Source: an uncultured delta proteobacterium (GTDB lineage Bacteria; Desulfobacterota; Binatia; UBA9968). From it: 64,000 nucleotides of DNA. A program made the translations under genes and the position numbers. Positions 63,181 through 64,000 of this stretch are shown piece after piece (the stretch's first letter is position 1; the number at the start of each line of letters is the position of its first letter). The DNA is taken from the NCBI GenBank assembly GCA_963755715.1, contig CAVWLW010000014.1:1-64000 (forward strand), given 5' to 3'. Under the pieces are notes generated by a model, which saw nothing but the letters and a program-made list of their open reading frames with translations, was not told the origin of the DNA and did not search any database.

Positions 63181-63999
63181 ATGAGTTCAGTTTTAACAAC
63201 GTCGGTTTCACTGAGCTTGTGGATCATGACTCTTGCGATTGGCGTGGTGTCGGCGTGGGGTCAGGCCGATGAAAAAGCCAAGCTCATCGAGGGCGCGAAA
63301 AAAGAAGGCAAACTGATTTGGTACGCCTCCACGAACGTGACCGAGTCCAAGCCGCTGCTCGACGATTTTGAAAAGCAGTATCCCTTCATCAAAGGCGAGC
63401 TTTTTCGCGCCAGCGGCGAGGTGATTTTGAATCGAATCATCGGTGAAACGCGCGCGGGCAAGTGGAACTTCGATGTCGTCATGGTCGGTGAATTCGACGT
63501 GCTCATGGGCGCTAAATTGCTTGCACCCTACAAGTCGCCTGAAAGCAAAAATTTCATCGCCGACTTCGTAAATCCCAACGGTTACTGGTGCGCAGTTTAC
63601 GTCAACTATAGGACCATCGGTTACAATTCTAAACTCGTCGCGGAGAAGGATGCTCCGAAGCAGTGGGAAGATTGGCTCGACCCGAAATGGCGAGGCAAAA
63701 TTTCGCTCGAAGAAGAAGACTACGTTTGGTACGGCGCTTTGGTGAAGTATTGGGGCAAAGAGAAAACGCAAAAATTTATGAGAGCACTGGCGAGGCAAGA
63801 CATCCAATGGCGTAAGGGGCACACGCTGATCTCGCAGCTCATGGCGGCCGGCGAATTCCCGCTCGGCGGCATTTACGCCCATCGGATCGAGGAGATGAGA
63901 CAGCGGGGAGCGCCCGTCGAATGGGTGAATACCGTCAACCCGGTGGTGGCCACATTGAACGGCGCGGGCTTAAGCGCGAAGCCGCCCGATCCGAATGCG
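63181..63999 (+). CDS. Extracellular solute-binding protein (partial, runs off window)
   Basis: GGAGG RBS; signal peptide; LIEGAKKEGKLIWYAS. Confidence 0.88.
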   Translation, partial: MSSVLTTSVSLSLWIMTLAIGVVSAWGQADEKAKLIEGAKKEGKLIWYASTNVTESKPLLDDFEKQYPFIKGELFRASGEVILNRIIGETRAGKWNFDVVMVGEFDVLMGAKLLAPYKSPESKNFIADFVNPNGYWCAVYVNYRTIGYNSKLVAEKDAPKQWEDWLDPKWRGKISLEEEDYVWYGALVKYWGKEKTQKFMRALARQDIQWRKGHTLISQLMAAGEFPLGGIYAHRIEEMRQRGAPVEWVNTVNPVVATLNGAGLSAKPPDPNA

Positions 64000-64000
64000 G

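Noticed and set aside
2219-63882. Numerous long antisense or overlapping ORFs in the track
   Set aside because: They shadow well-supported genes, as expected in GC-rich DNA, and lack RBS or family motifs.

Overview
64 kb of a GC-rich bacterial chromosome. The gene content (many orphan ABC substrate-binding proteins, stand-alone xanthine-dehydrogenase-family Mo subunits, ThDP enzymes, an amidohydrolase, VOC proteins) resembles Candidatus Binatia/deltaproteobacteria; this is an inference, not a search result. The sequence is indel-rich: about 15 otherwise intact genes are split by frameshifts, most likely long-read consensus errors. Left part (1-25.6 kb): an accessory stress/envelope block (dodecin, collagen-OmpA protein, sigma54 two-component system, PMM, two slipins, MgtA, RNase II, DedA, Hsp20-Lon, diguanylate cyclase, Crp/Fnr regulator). 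It carries 4-5 copies of a 16-bp palindrome TGTCY-N6-AGACA positioned like class II CRP-type sites. Middle (25.7-31.8 kb): ECF sigma/anti-sigma/periplasmic sensor plus MacAB-TolC, with a duplicated ECF-type promoter. Right part: catabolic enzymes interleaved with nine substrate-binding proteins and many REP/short-repeat elements. Top leads: (i) a YccU-like CoA-binding protein with in-frame TGA at the conserved Cys and a bSECIS-like hairpin (candidate selenoprotein); (ii) a four-helix-bundle gene enclosed by inverted heptamer arrays; (iii) a putative Crp-family regulon; (iv) a Tat-signal ThDP enzyme paired with cytochrome c; (v) three paralogs of an uncharacterised helical family; (vi) a MITE inserted into a REP. 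No rRNA, tRNA or CRISPR array was seen.
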